Of a DNA stretch of 64,000 nt, positions 43,358 through 54,434 are shown piece by piece. The notes below the pieces were generated by a model, which was not told the DNA's origin, ran no database searches, and saw only the letters and a program-made list of their open reading frames with translations. The DNA lies in NCBI GenBank assembly GCA_027315345.1, contig DAHUYE010000060.1, positions 99,949-163,948 on the forward strand. Reading direction: 5' to 3'. The translations under genes were made by a program, and so were the position numbers. Every line of letters starts with the position of its first letter. The first letter of the stretch is position 1. The DNA comes from Actinomycetota bacterium (GTDB taxonomy: Bacteria > Actinomycetota > Acidimicrobiia > Acidimicrobiales > JAJPHE01).

Positions 43358-43737
43358 GCAGCGGGGGCAAGCCGGACGAGTCGGTCGAGCTGGAGCGGTG
43401 GACGGGTCCGTGGGCCCCGGACGACCCGGACGCCAACTTCAAGGCCGATGTGGCCCTCTACTCCCATGCCGAACCGATGGAGACCATCCGGAGGCTGGCC
43501 ACGGCCATGAACATCCCGGAGGGAGCCATCGTCCGCTACGTGCTGGCCAAGTACGCCACCGGGGGGAGCGGGAGCCTGCTGGAACTGGGCCCGACCATGA
43601 CCAATCGCCTGTGGGAACCGGTGGAGGCGGCCGAGACCGCCGCCACCGATGCGGCCCGGCTGGCCGCCTACCACCAGCTGCGCCAGATGCTGTCCTGGCT
43701 GCGCCTGCCGCTGGAGGACGACTCGCTCTACGACTGA
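43354..43737 (+). CDS. Hypothetical cytoplasmic protein
   Basis: 127-aa ORF with an ATGA overlap to the hydrolase-like gene. It looks globular and non-repetitive (IPEGAIVRYVLAKYATGGSGSLLELGP). No motif was recognised. Confidence 0.5.
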   Translation: MSSGGKPDESVELERWTGPWAPDDPDANFKADVALYSHAEPMETIRRLATAMNIPEGAIVRYVLAKYATGGSGSLLELGPTMTNRLWEPVEAAETAATDAARLAAYHQLRQMLSWLRLPLEDDSLYD

Positions 43738-45305
43738 GCGTCGGCGCCGGCCGAGGTGGCGGCGGCCGAGGTGGCGGCGGCCGAGGTGGTGCCGGCCGGG
43801 CCGAACTCGGCCACCAGGGCGGCCACCAGCACGGCGGGCAGATCGGCCACCGACCGGAAGGCGACCCAGCGGGCCAGCCATTCGGGGTGGAACTTGGCGT
43901 TGAAGCGGTAGAGGGACTCGACCTTGATCCAGCGGTCGAGCAGGTGCACCAGCCAATACTCGATGCGCTGCAGGCGGTTTCGTTGCTCGCCCAGATCCAT
44001 GAGGGTCTTGAAGGTGGCGAAGTTGAGCGACACGTACTCGAAGCCGTGGGCCCCGGCCCAGGCCACCGTCTCCACGATCATGCGCTCGTTGACCCCGTTG
44101 GGTGAACGGGGCCGGCGCCGCATCAGATCCAGGGATAGGGCCGACCCGCCCCGACAGGGGGCGTAGCGCTGGAAGGCGATGAGGCGGCCTTCGGAGTCCC
44201 GGCACATGACGATCACGCACTCGGGCCGGCCCAGGGCCGGGTCGCTGTAGGTCATGGAGAAGCCCCGTTCGGGGGCCAGGCCCCGGGCCTCTTCGGCCAG
44301 CTCGGCCAATTCGGCTCGCAGGGCGGAGTCGACTTCGGCCTCCCGGCGGACCTCGGACGTGACCCCGAAATTGGCGCTGCGTTTGGTGGCCTGGCGCACG
44401 TTGCGCATGGAGGGCTGGTCGAGGCGGAAGCCCTCCGTCCGCACCAGGGCCTCGTCCCCGACGTAGATGGTGTGCATCCCGGCCCGGCCGGCCGCCTCCA
44501 TGGCCTCGGTGTCGAGCCCGATGATGGCCGGGCGCAGCCGGTAGGCGTGACAGTGGGCCAGGAAGCCGGCCAGGGTGGCGGCCAGGGCGTCCGTCCCGGA
44601 GCCTGAGGGGGACAGGCCGGGGCCGGCCGGCAGCATGGGACAGCCCGAGGCCAGGGCCACCCCGAAACGGGCCCGGTATCCGATCACGCCCCCGGTCTGG
44701 GGGTGCACGTAGTGGACCTTGTCGGCCCGATCGGAAAAGGGATCCAACGTGTCGCCCCCGGGCCGGTCCACCAGGCCGGCCACCAGGGGATGACGGTTGG
44801 GGGTCGGGTCGGTGGGCAGGGAGTAGCGGACGAAGACCAGGGCCACGGCCACCAGCCCGTCCCCGACGAAGGGGGTCGGACCAAGCGACCACGGCCCCAC
44901 CCGCATGATCAGGGCGGAGAAGCCCAGCCCGCCCAGGCCGGCCACCGACACCAGGGTCCCGATGGGCCGGCGGGACAGCACGGAGCGGCCCAGGGCCAGC
45001 CCGACCACCCCGATCACCACGTCCGGTCCCGGCGCCCCGCCGGGCAGGTACAGGCGCAGGGCCGATTCGATGGAACGAACGCTGTGGGCGGGGGCGCCCC
45101 CGACCGCCCGCAGGAAGTAGCCGGCGCCGGCCAGCACCAGGATGAGGCCGAGGACGCCGGCCCCCAGCACCACCGCCGGGGGCGGGGAGCCCTCGGCCAT
45201 GGCGCCCCGCCGCTCCCGGACCGGCTGGGTGAGGCGCAGAGCCGACTCCCGCAGGTCGGCCACCACCGCCCCGGGAGCGAAGGTCCGCCGGCCCACCTCA
45301 GTCAT
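43728..45305 (-). CDS. MprF C-terminal-domain-like (DUF2156) aminoacyl-phosphatidylglycerol synthase candidate with short N-terminal membrane anchor
   Basis: The N-terminus has about 4-5 TM helices. The C-terminal part has LSLDLMRR...NGVNERMIVETVAWA...VSLNFA...LYRFNAKFHPEW, as in lysyl-PG synthase domains. The 3' end has a 15-bp x3 repeat (43750-43794, TSAAA). Confidence 0.7.
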   Translation of the reverse strand: MTEVGRRTFAPGAVVADLRESALRLTQPVRERRGAMAEGSPPPAVVLGAGVLGLILVLAGAGYFLRAVGGAPAHSVRSIESALRLYLPGGAPGPDVVIGVVGLALGRSVLSRRPIGTLVSVAGLGGLGFSALIMRVGPWSLGPTPFVGDGLVAVALVFVRYSLPTDPTPNRHPLVAGLVDRPGGDTLDPFSDRADKVHYVHPQTGGVIGYRARFGVALASGCPMLPAGPGLSPSGSGTDALAATLAGFLAHCHAYRLRPAIIGLDTEAMEAAGRAGMHTIYVGDEALVRTEGFRLDQPSMRNVRQATKRSANFGVTSEVRREAEVDSALRAELAELAEEARGLAPERGFSMTYSDPALGRPECVIVMCRDSEGRLIAFQRYAPCRGGSALSLDLMRRRPRSPNGVNERMIVETVAWAGAHGFEYVSLNFATFKTLMDLGEQRNRLQRIEYWLVHLLDRWIKVESLYRFNAKFHPEWLARWVAFRSVADLPAVLVAALVAEFGPAGTTSAAATSAAATSAGADAQS

Positions 45306-45311
45306 GGCCGC

Positions 45312-47600
45312 TCATCCCGACAGCCGGGACCGCCATGCCCCGACGGCCTCATCCAGCTCCAGGTCCAGCAGCCCTTCCACGCCTATACGCGTACCCCCGG
45401 CGCTGCCCAGGACCAACCCGGGCACACCGGCCGCCCGGGCCCGGTCCAGCACGCCGAGGGGATCCGCCGTGCAGGCCAGGACCCGGGAGGGGGCCTCCGA
45501 CCACAGTTCGGCGTGGTCCCGGACGCCACCGATGGCGGCCCCCACCCCCGAAGCCACCGCCATTTCGGCCAGGGCCAGGGCGATCCCTCCGTCGGATATG
45601 TCGTGCAGCCCGCCCAGGAGCCCGTCGACGGCCAGGGCGGCCACCAGGCCGAGCAGGGCGGCGTGGGCCTCGTAGTCGACCGGCACCAGCGCTCCGGCCC
45701 GGTGGCCCCGGCGGGCGGCCCAGGCCGAACCGTCCAGCGCCCCGGGACCCTGGGACTCATCCCGGGCCCCGAGCAGGATGATGCTCTGGTCCTCGACCAG
45801 GCCCACGGCCGGGGGCCGGCGCTCCAGGCGGGGCACCAGGCCGAGGACGGCCACCACCGGGGTGGGGTCGATGTCGACGCCGGCGCTCTCGTTGTAGAGG
45901 CTGACATTCCCCCCGATGACGGGGATGGACAGGGCCGTGCAGGCCTCGGCCATGCCGTCGATGGATTCCGACAGCTGCCACATGACCTCGGGGTGCTCGG
46001 GGTTGCCGAAGTTGAGGCAGTTGACCAGGGCCACCGGCTCGCCACCCCCGCAGGCCACGTTGAGGGCCGACTCGGCCACCAGCCAGGCCGTCCCCACCCG
46101 GGGGTCGACCGAGCACCACCGGCCGTTGCCGTCGGTGGACAGGGCCAGGCCCCGGTCCGAACCGGCCCGGCCCAGCGGGTCGGAGTCCACCGAGTTGACC
46201 CCGGGGCCCTTGAGCCGTAGCACCACCGCATCCGAGCCCGGCCCGACCACGGTGTTGAGGAACAGCTGGTGGTCGTACTGGCTCCACACCGGCCCGGTGT
46301 CCATGAGCATGGACTTGAGATCATCCTCCGACTCTCCCGGACCGGGCGCCCGGAGGGCGCCCAATGCATTCAGCTCCCGCCGGGCGTCGAGGTCGGCCGG
46401 CGCGGCCAGGGGCCGGTGATAGAGAGGGCGGTCCTCGCCCAGGGCCAGGGCCGGCACGTCGGCCAGCACCGGCCCGTCCCAGCCGTCGAGCACGCGAAGA
46501 CTTGACGTGCCCGTCACCTTGCCTATGACCGAGGCCCGGACCTCCCAGCGGGAGCACACCTCCATGACCTGGTCCAGGTCGGCGGGGGTGACGATGGCCA
46601 GCATCCGCTCCTGGCTCTCCGAGGTCATGATCTCGAAGGGCTCCATGCCCTCCTCCCGCAGATGGACGGAGCGGATGTCCACGTCCATGCCGACGTTGCC
46701 CTTACCGGCCGTCTCGCTGGTGGCCCCGGTCAGGCCGGCCGCCCCCAGATCCTGGATGCCCACCACCAGGCCGGACTGGAGCAGCTCCAGGCAGGCCTCG
46801 ATGAGGCGCTTCTCCTCGAAGGGGTCGCCCACCTGGACGCTGGGCCGCTTGGCCGCCGAGCCCTCCTCGAAACCGGCCGAGGCCAGCACCGAGGCGCCCC
46901 CGATCCCATCCCGCCCGGTACGCGAGCCGAGCAGCACGGCCAGGTTGCCCACCCCGGAGGCGGCGCTGAGCACCAGGCGGTCGATGGGCAGGATGCCCAG
47001 GCACAGCACGTTCACCAGGGGATTACCGGTGTAGGTGGGATCGAAGACCAATTCCCCCCCGACGGTGGGAACGCCCACCGAGTTCCCGTAGCCGGAGATG
47101 CCCCGGACCACGCCCTCGAATATCCAGCGGCTGCGGGGGTCCTCCAGGGGGCCGAAGCGGAGGGGGTCCATGAGGGCGATGGGCCGGGCGCCCATGGTGA
47201 AGATGTCCCGCAGGATGCCGCCCACCCCGGTGGCGGCCCCCTGGTAGGGCTCGATGGCCGAGGGGTGGTTGTGGCTCTCGATGCGGATGGCCAGGGCGAG
47301 GCCGTCCCCGGCGTCTATGACCCCGGCGTTCTCCCCCGGCCCGACCAGGACCCGGGGGCCCTCGGACGGCAGCCGGCGCAGGTGGACCCGGGAGGACTTG
47401 TAGGAGCAGTGCTCGCTCCACATGACGGCGAACATGGCCGTCTCCAGCTCATTCCCCTCCCTCCCCAAAAGGGCGGTGATGGCCTCGTTCTCCTCATCGG
47501 TGAGCCCGAGGGCCCGGTGGAGGGGCTCAGCCACGCCGGCGGTCTCCTCCACGCCGGCCACGCTACCTGGGGCCGGCTCCGGGGCGTGAGACCGGTCCAT
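45312..47600 (-). CDS. purL: Phosphoribosylformylglycinamidine synthase subunit PurL
   Basis: [11 protein letters not shown]...[11 protein letters not shown]...IESHNHPS motifs. ATG 47600 is preferred; the ORF track allows 47639. Confidence 0.9.
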   Translation of the reverse strand: MDRSHAPEPAPGSVAGVEETAGVAEPLHRALGLTDEENEAITALLGREGNELETAMFAVMWSEHCSYKSSRVHLRRLPSEGPRVLVGPGENAGVIDAGDGLALAIRIESHNHPSAIEPYQGAATGVGGILRDIFTMGARPIALMDPLRFGPLEDPRSRWIFEGVVRGISGYGNSVGVPTVGGELVFDPTYTGNPLVNVLCLGILPIDRLVLSAASGVGNLAVLLGSRTGRDGIGGASVLASAGFEEGSAAKRPSVQVGDPFEEKRLIEACLELLQSGLVVGIQDLGAAGLTGATSETAGKGNVGMDVDIRSVHLREEGMEPFEIMTSESQERMLAIVTPADLDQVMEVCSRWEVRASVIGKVTGTSSLRVLDGWDGPVLADVPALALGEDRPLYHRPLAAPADLDARRELNALGALRAPGPGESEDDLKSMLMDTGPVWSQYDHQLFLNTVVGPGSDAVVLRLKGPGVNSVDSDPLGRAGSDRGLALSTDGNGRWCSVDPRVGTAWLVAESALNVACGGGEPVALVNCLNFGNPEHPEVMWQLSESIDGMAEACTALSIPVIGGNVSLYNESAGVDIDPTPVVAVLGLVPRLERRPPAVGLVEDQSIILLGARDESQGPGALDGSAWAARRGHRAGALVPVDYEAHAALLGLVAALAVDGLLGGLHDISDGGIALALAEMAVASGVGAAIGGVRDHAELWSEAPSRVLACTADPLGVLDRARAAGVPGLVLGSAGGTRIGVEGLLDLELDEAVGAWRSRLSG

Positions 47601-47667
47601 CCGGTTCGAAACCCAATGGAACGACCGGAGAAACACCAATTCAGGGGAGACTCAGCCCGATTTGCGG

Positions 47668-47696
47668 TTACTGACAGGTATTGGCGCGTGTAATAA
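47668..47696 (+). promoter_or_regulatory. Candidate sigma70-type promoter giving a leaderless transcript for the 47704 ORF
   Basis: TTACTG (47668-47673), a 17-nt spacer, then TAATAA (47691-47696). The ATG at 47704 lies 7-8 nt downstream with no SD in between. Confidence 0.35.
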
Positions 47697-47703
47697 TGGA
47701 TCT

Positions 47704-48132
47704 ATGACCGCCGTCGAAAACGAAACCTCCGAATCCCGTACTCCCATGTCCCAAGAGCACAAAGAGGCCCTGGCCGCCGGCCGGGACCAGAGCCGGGCGG
47801 TCAAGCGTTATTTGGAGGCCCTGGACGCCAACCGGCCCCGCCGGGGCCGTAAGAAGACCAAGGAGTCCATTCAGAAGCAGCTGGACGGGATCGAGGCCAA
47901 GCTCACCAATGCCGACCCCCTGACCAGGCTGAATCTCCTCCAGGAGAGGATGGATCTTCAGGCCGAACTCAACTCCACCGGGGAGACGGTGGATATCTCC
48001 GATCTGGAGGAGGAGTTCGTCAAGGTGGCCCGCAGCTATGGGGACCGCAAGAAGATCAGTTACGCCGTGTGGCGGGAGGTCGGGGTGGACTCGGCCGTCC
48101 TCAAGCGGGCCGGCATCACCCGGGGCGCCTAG
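47704..48132 (+). CDS. Hypothetical charged helical protein (KR-rich N-terminal half)
   Basis: 142-aa ORF on the strand opposite the pur genes. RPRRGRKKTKESIQKQL is followed by a helical acidic segment. Its stop shares a CTAG palindrome with the convergent purQ stop. Confidence 0.6.
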   Translation: MTAVENETSESRTPMSQEHKEALAAGRDQSRAVKRYLEALDANRPRRGRKKTKESIQKQLDGIEAKLTNADPLTRLNLLQERMDLQAELNSTGETVDISDLEEEFVKVARSYGDRKKISYAVWREVGVDSAVLKRAGITRGA

Positions 48133-48809
48133 TAAGACGTCCTGACCCCGGCTGAGGCCAGCAGGGAGCCGATCAACACCGCTCCGTCCGTCCCGCCCGT
48201 GAGGGGGTCACAGGCCCTCTCCGGGTGGGGCATGAGCCCCACCACGTTGCCCTCCGGGTTGCAAATCCCGGCTATGTCATCCATGGACCCATTGGGATTT
48301 CCGACATAGCGTAGGGCGACCATTCCCTCCTCCGCCAACCGCCGGCGCGTCTCCGGATCGGCCAGATAGTTGCCATCGAAATGGTTGATAGACAGCACCA
48401 GCTGGTCGCCCACATTTGTCCCGGATGTGAGGGCGGTGTCCGTTCTTTCCACCCGGACGGTCGCCTCCCGGCACAGGAAACGCAGCCCGGCATTCTTCTG
48501 GAGGGCCCCGGGCAGGAGCCGGGCCTCGGTCAGGACCTGGAATCCGTTGCAAATACCCACCACCGGCCCCCCGGACCGGGCGAATTCACCCACCGCCTCC
48601 ATGACCGGGGAGAACCGGGCGATGGCTCCCGGGCGCAGGTAATCCCCGTGGGCAAAGCCGCCGGGGAGGATGACGGCGTCCAGGCCCCCCAGATCGGCGC
48701 TCCCGTGCCAGACGATCCGGGCCGTCCCGCCCAGGGCCTCAATGGCCTCCACGGCGTCGTGCTCACAGTTGGAGCCGGGGAAGACGACCACGCCCACGGT
48801 GGCAGCCAT
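48129..48809 (-). CDS. purQ: Phosphoribosylformylglycinamidine synthase glutaminase subunit PurQ
   Basis: VGVVVFPGSNCEHD...GICNGFQVL (Cys nucleophile)...MPHPER. Confidence 0.9.
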   Translation of the reverse strand: MAATVGVVVFPGSNCEHDAVEAIEALGGTARIVWHGSADLGGLDAVILPGGFAHGDYLRPGAIARFSPVMEAVGEFARSGGPVVGICNGFQVLTEARLLPGALQKNAGLRFLCREATVRVERTDTALTSGTNVGDQLVLSINHFDGNYLADPETRRRLAEEGMVALRYVGNPNGSMDDIAGICNPEGNVVGLMPHPERACDPLTGGTDGAVLIGSLLASAGVRTSY

Positions 48810-49060
48810 CAGTCCGCCATCAGGGTGATCTCCACGTCCTCCATGACCGGGTTGGCCAGGAGGGCGTCGCAGAGGGAGGCCAGGCGCCGGCGGGCCCCGG
48901 CCTCGTCGGGGGCATCCACGGACAGGCGGATGGCCTTTCCCACCCGCACCCCGCTGACCTCCCCGAAGCCGAGCCGGGGCAGGGCGGATTCGATGGTCGC
49001 CCCTTCCGGATCGGAGATGCCGGGTCGGGTGCGGATCTCGACCATCGCCTCGAAGATCAA
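48809..49060 (-). CDS. purS: Phosphoribosylformylglycinamidine synthase subunit PurS
   Basis: 83 aa with GISDPEGATIESAL. It lies immediately upstream of purQ, and its stop and the purQ start share one base (TGATG). Confidence 0.85.
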   Translation of the reverse strand: MIFEAMVEIRTRPGISDPEGATIESALPRLGFGEVSGVRVGKAIRLSVDAPDEAGARRRLASLCDALLANPVMEDVEITLMAD

Positions 49061-49073
49061 CCTGCCACCTTGA

Positions 49074-49958
49074 TCATCCGGCCACCCCGTACCAATCGGC
49101 CAGCTTGCGTCCGGTAATCATCTCGTAGGCCGAGGCGTAGCGGGTGGAGGTGGCTTCGACCACATCGGCGGGCAGAGCGGGCGGGGGCGGGGTCTTGTCC
49201 CAGCCGGAGGCCTCCAGCCAGTCCCGGACGGGCTGCTTGTCGTAGGACGGCGGGGTGCTACCGGGCCGGTAGCGGTCGGCGGGCCAGAACCGGGACGAGT
49301 CCGGGGTGAGCACCTCATCGCAGATGCAGAGTTGGCCGTCGATGAAACCGAGTTCGAACTTGGTGTCGGCAATGATGATGCCCCGTCCGGCGGCCCATTC
49401 GGCGGCCCGGTTGTAGGCCCGCAGCGATATGTCCCGGGCCGCCTCGGCCGTCTCCCGCCCGACCAGGTCCACGGCGGCGTCGAAGGAGATGTTCTCATCG
49501 TGGCCCGACTCGGCCTTGGTCGAGGGGGTGAAGACGGCCTCGGGCAGCTGAGCCGACTCCTCCAGGCCGGCCGGCAGTTTCGTCCCGTGCACGGTGCCCG
49601 ACGCCTTGTACTCCTTCCAGGCCGAACCGGACACGTAGCCCCGCACGATGCACTCGATCGGGAGCATGTCCGCCTTGCGCACCAGCATGGAACGGCCGGC
49701 GGCGTCGGGCACCCCGGCCACCGAGTCCGGGAACTTGCCCGGGTCCACCGCCACCAGGTGGGAGGGGGCGATGTCGGCCAGCTCATCCAGCCAGAAGTCG
49801 GTGAAGGCGGTGAGGACCCTGCCCTTGTGAGGCACCGGCTCGGCCATGATCACATCGAAGGCGGACAAGCGGTCGGATGCGACCATCAACAGCATCCCGT
49901 CCCCGGCGTCGTAGACGTCGCGGACCTTGCCCGAGTAGATGGGCTTGATTTCGTTCAT
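49074..49958 (-). CDS. purC: SAICAR synthetase
   Basis: IYSGKVRDVY...ASDRLSAFD...IIIADTKFELG. Confidence 0.9.
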   Translation of the reverse strand: MNEIKPIYSGKVRDVYDAGDGMLLMVASDRLSAFDVIMAEPVPHKGRVLTAFTDFWLDELADIAPSHLVAVDPGKFPDSVAGVPDAAGRSMLVRKADMLPIECIVRGYVSGSAWKEYKASGTVHGTKLPAGLEESAQLPEAVFTPSTKAESGHDENISFDAAVDLVGRETAEAARDISLRAYNRAAEWAAGRGIIIADTKFELGFIDGQLCICDEVLTPDSSRFWPADRYRPGSTPPSYDKQPVRDWLEASGWDKTPPPPALPADVVEATSTRYASAYEMITGRKLADWYGVAG

Positions 49959-51340
49959 TCGGCTATCTCCTCCAGTGCTTCGAATACCAAACCGGTGTTG
50001 CGCAGGGAACGGGGCAGGCTGAACGCCTCGTCCAGGGCCGCGTCCAGGCCGGTGGCGCCTGGGCCGGAGGCGGAGCGGCCCAGGGCGGCGGCCACCTCGG
50101 GGTCGGCCTCCAGCAGGGAGCGGAACGGCACCCGCTCGGCCCAGGACCGCATGGCGTTGGCCTGCACGATGCGGTAGGCGGCGTCACGCTCGATACCCCC
50201 GGCCACCAGGGCCAGGAGCACGGGCTGGCTGAAAACCAGGCCGAAGGACGACTCCAGGTTGGCCAGCATGCGCTCGGGATAGACCACCAGCCCGTCGATG
50301 ATCCGGGTCATGCGGCGCATGACGTAATAGGCCAGCAGGCTGGCATCGGGGAGGATGATCCGCTCCACCGAGGAGTGGGAGATGTCCCGCTCGTGCCAGA
50401 GGGCCACATCCTCCAGGCCGGCGCCCAGATGACCCCGGAGCACACGGGCCAGGCCGGAGAGCTGCTCGGTGGTCTTGGGGTTGCGCTTGTGGGGCATGGC
50501 CGAAGAGCCCTTCTGCGACCCGACCGCGAAGGGTTCCTCGGCCTCACCCACCTCGGTGCGCTGCAGATGGCGGATCTCGGTGGCGAAGGCTTCGATGCTG
50601 GCCCCCACCGAGGCACAGGCGTAGAGGTACTGGGCGTGGCGGTCCCGGGCCACCACCTGGGTGGCCGGGGTCGGCACCAGCCCCAGGGCGGCACAGACGT
50701 GGGCCTCCACGGCCGGATCGATGTTGGAGTAGGTGCCCACCGCCCCGGACAGCTTGCCCACCGCCACCGCCTCCCGGGCCGCCCGGAGCCGGGCCCGGTC
50801 CCGGTCGGCCTGCAGGGCCCAGAGGGCCACCTTGGCCCCGAAGGTGGTGGGCTCGGCGTGGATGCCGTGGGTGCGGCCCACCATGGCCAGGTCCCGCCAC
50901 TCCAGGGCCCGGCGCTTGAGGGAGGCCACCAGGGCGCCGCTGGCCCCGATGAGCAACTCGGACGCCGCCGTCAGGGTGGAGCACAGGGCCGTGTCCACCA
51001 CATCCGAGGAGGTCAGGCCGTAGTGGACCCAGGTCCCCGCCGGCGGCCCGATGGCGGCCTGCACCACATCCACGAAGGCGGCCACGTCGTGATCGGTGAC
51101 CGCCTCCCGCTCGGAGATGGCCCGGATGTACTCGGGGCGGATCCAGGCCACCCCGGCCGGGGCGTCCGGATCGAGGAGCTTGGCCGCCCCCTCCCGCACC
51201 GCGGCCGCGTCGGCGGCGGGGACCACCCCGGCCACCGCCCAGCCCTCCACGGCCAGCACCTCCACCTCCAGCCACCGGGCGAACCGGGCGGCATCGGTGA
51301 ACAGGGCGTCCATCTCCGGCAGGGAGTAACGAGGGATCAA
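49955..51340 (-). CDS. purB: Adenylosuccinate lyase
   Basis: MIPRYSLPEM N-terminus (TTG start at 51340) and the fumarate-lyase signature GSSAMPHKRNP. Confidence 0.9.
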   Translation of the reverse strand: MIPRYSLPEMDALFTDAARFARWLEVEVLAVEGWAVAGVVPAADAAAVREGAAKLLDPDAPAGVAWIRPEYIRAISEREAVTDHDVAAFVDVVQAAIGPPAGTWVHYGLTSSDVVDTALCSTLTAASELLIGASGALVASLKRRALEWRDLAMVGRTHGIHAEPTTFGAKVALWALQADRDRARLRAAREAVAVGKLSGAVGTYSNIDPAVEAHVCAALGLVPTPATQVVARDRHAQYLYACASVGASIEAFATEIRHLQRTEVGEAEEPFAVGSQKGSSAMPHKRNPKTTEQLSGLARVLRGHLGAGLEDVALWHERDISHSSVERIILPDASLLAYYVMRRMTRIIDGLVVYPERMLANLESSFGLVFSQPVLLALVAGGIERDAAYRIVQANAMRSWAERVPFRSLLEADPEVAAALGRSASGPGATGLDAALDEAFSLPRSLRNTGLVFEALEEIAE

Positions 51341-51386
51341 CGCGCGCCTCCGGCTGTGCTCATCTCGCGCCTCCGGCTGTGCTCAT
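51337..51386 (-). other. Two tandem 8-codon mini-ORFs (MSTAGGAR) chained between the purE stop and the purB start
   Basis: Minus strand reads ...GCC AGA TGA; ATG AGC ACA GCC GGA GGC GCG AGA TGA (51386-51360); ATG AGC ACA GCC GGA GGC GCG CGT TGA (51363-51337); then purB TTG at 51340. Every junction is an ATGA/TTGA overlap. Each unit has GGAGG 6 nt upstream of the next start. Confidence 0.6.
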
Positions 51387-51388
51387 CT
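51343..51388. repeat. Exact 23-bp tandem duplication (plus a partial third copy to ~51400)
   Basis: cgcgcctccggctgtgctcatct occurs at 51343-51365 and again identically at 51366-51388. The related ggcgcctccggcg follows. Confidence 0.95.
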
Positions 51389-51825
51389 GGCGCCTCCGGC
51401 GCGGAACTCGGTCAGCTTGGCGGCCATGGACTCATCGGTGATGGCGATCATCTCGGCTACCAATATGGCCGCGTTCTTGGCCCCGTCGATGGCTACGCAG
51501 GCCACCGGGATGCCGGGGGGCATCTGGACAGTGGAATACAGGGCATCCACACCGTTGAGGCCCCCGCCCGACAGGGGCACCCCCACCACCGGAAGGGTGG
51601 TGTGGGCCGCCACCACCCCGCCCAGGTGGGCGGCCAGGCCGGCCCCGCAGATCACCGCCACATACCCGTTCTCCCGGGCACTGCCGGCAAACTCGGCCAC
51701 CATCTCCGGGTTCCGGTGCGCCGACATGACCCGCTCATCGGCCACGATCCCGAACCGCTCGAGCATCTCCACCGCCGGGGCCATCTTGGGCCCGTCGTTG
51801 GGTGAGCCCATGAGCACCGCCACCT

Positions 51826-51829
<4 letters not shown>
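51383..51829 (-). CDS. purE: 5-(carboxyamino)imidazole ribonucleotide mutase (PurE)
   Basis: VAVLMGSPND...SAHRNP...AGLAAHLGGVVAA...PVVGVP. Confidence 0.85.

Positions 51830-54434
<2,605 letters not shown>

Noticed and set aside
18878-45305. The glycan island as a mobile genomic island
   Set aside because: By eye I found no integrase, transposase, tRNA, flanking direct repeats or obvious compositional shift. Acquisition cannot be claimed from this sequence alone.
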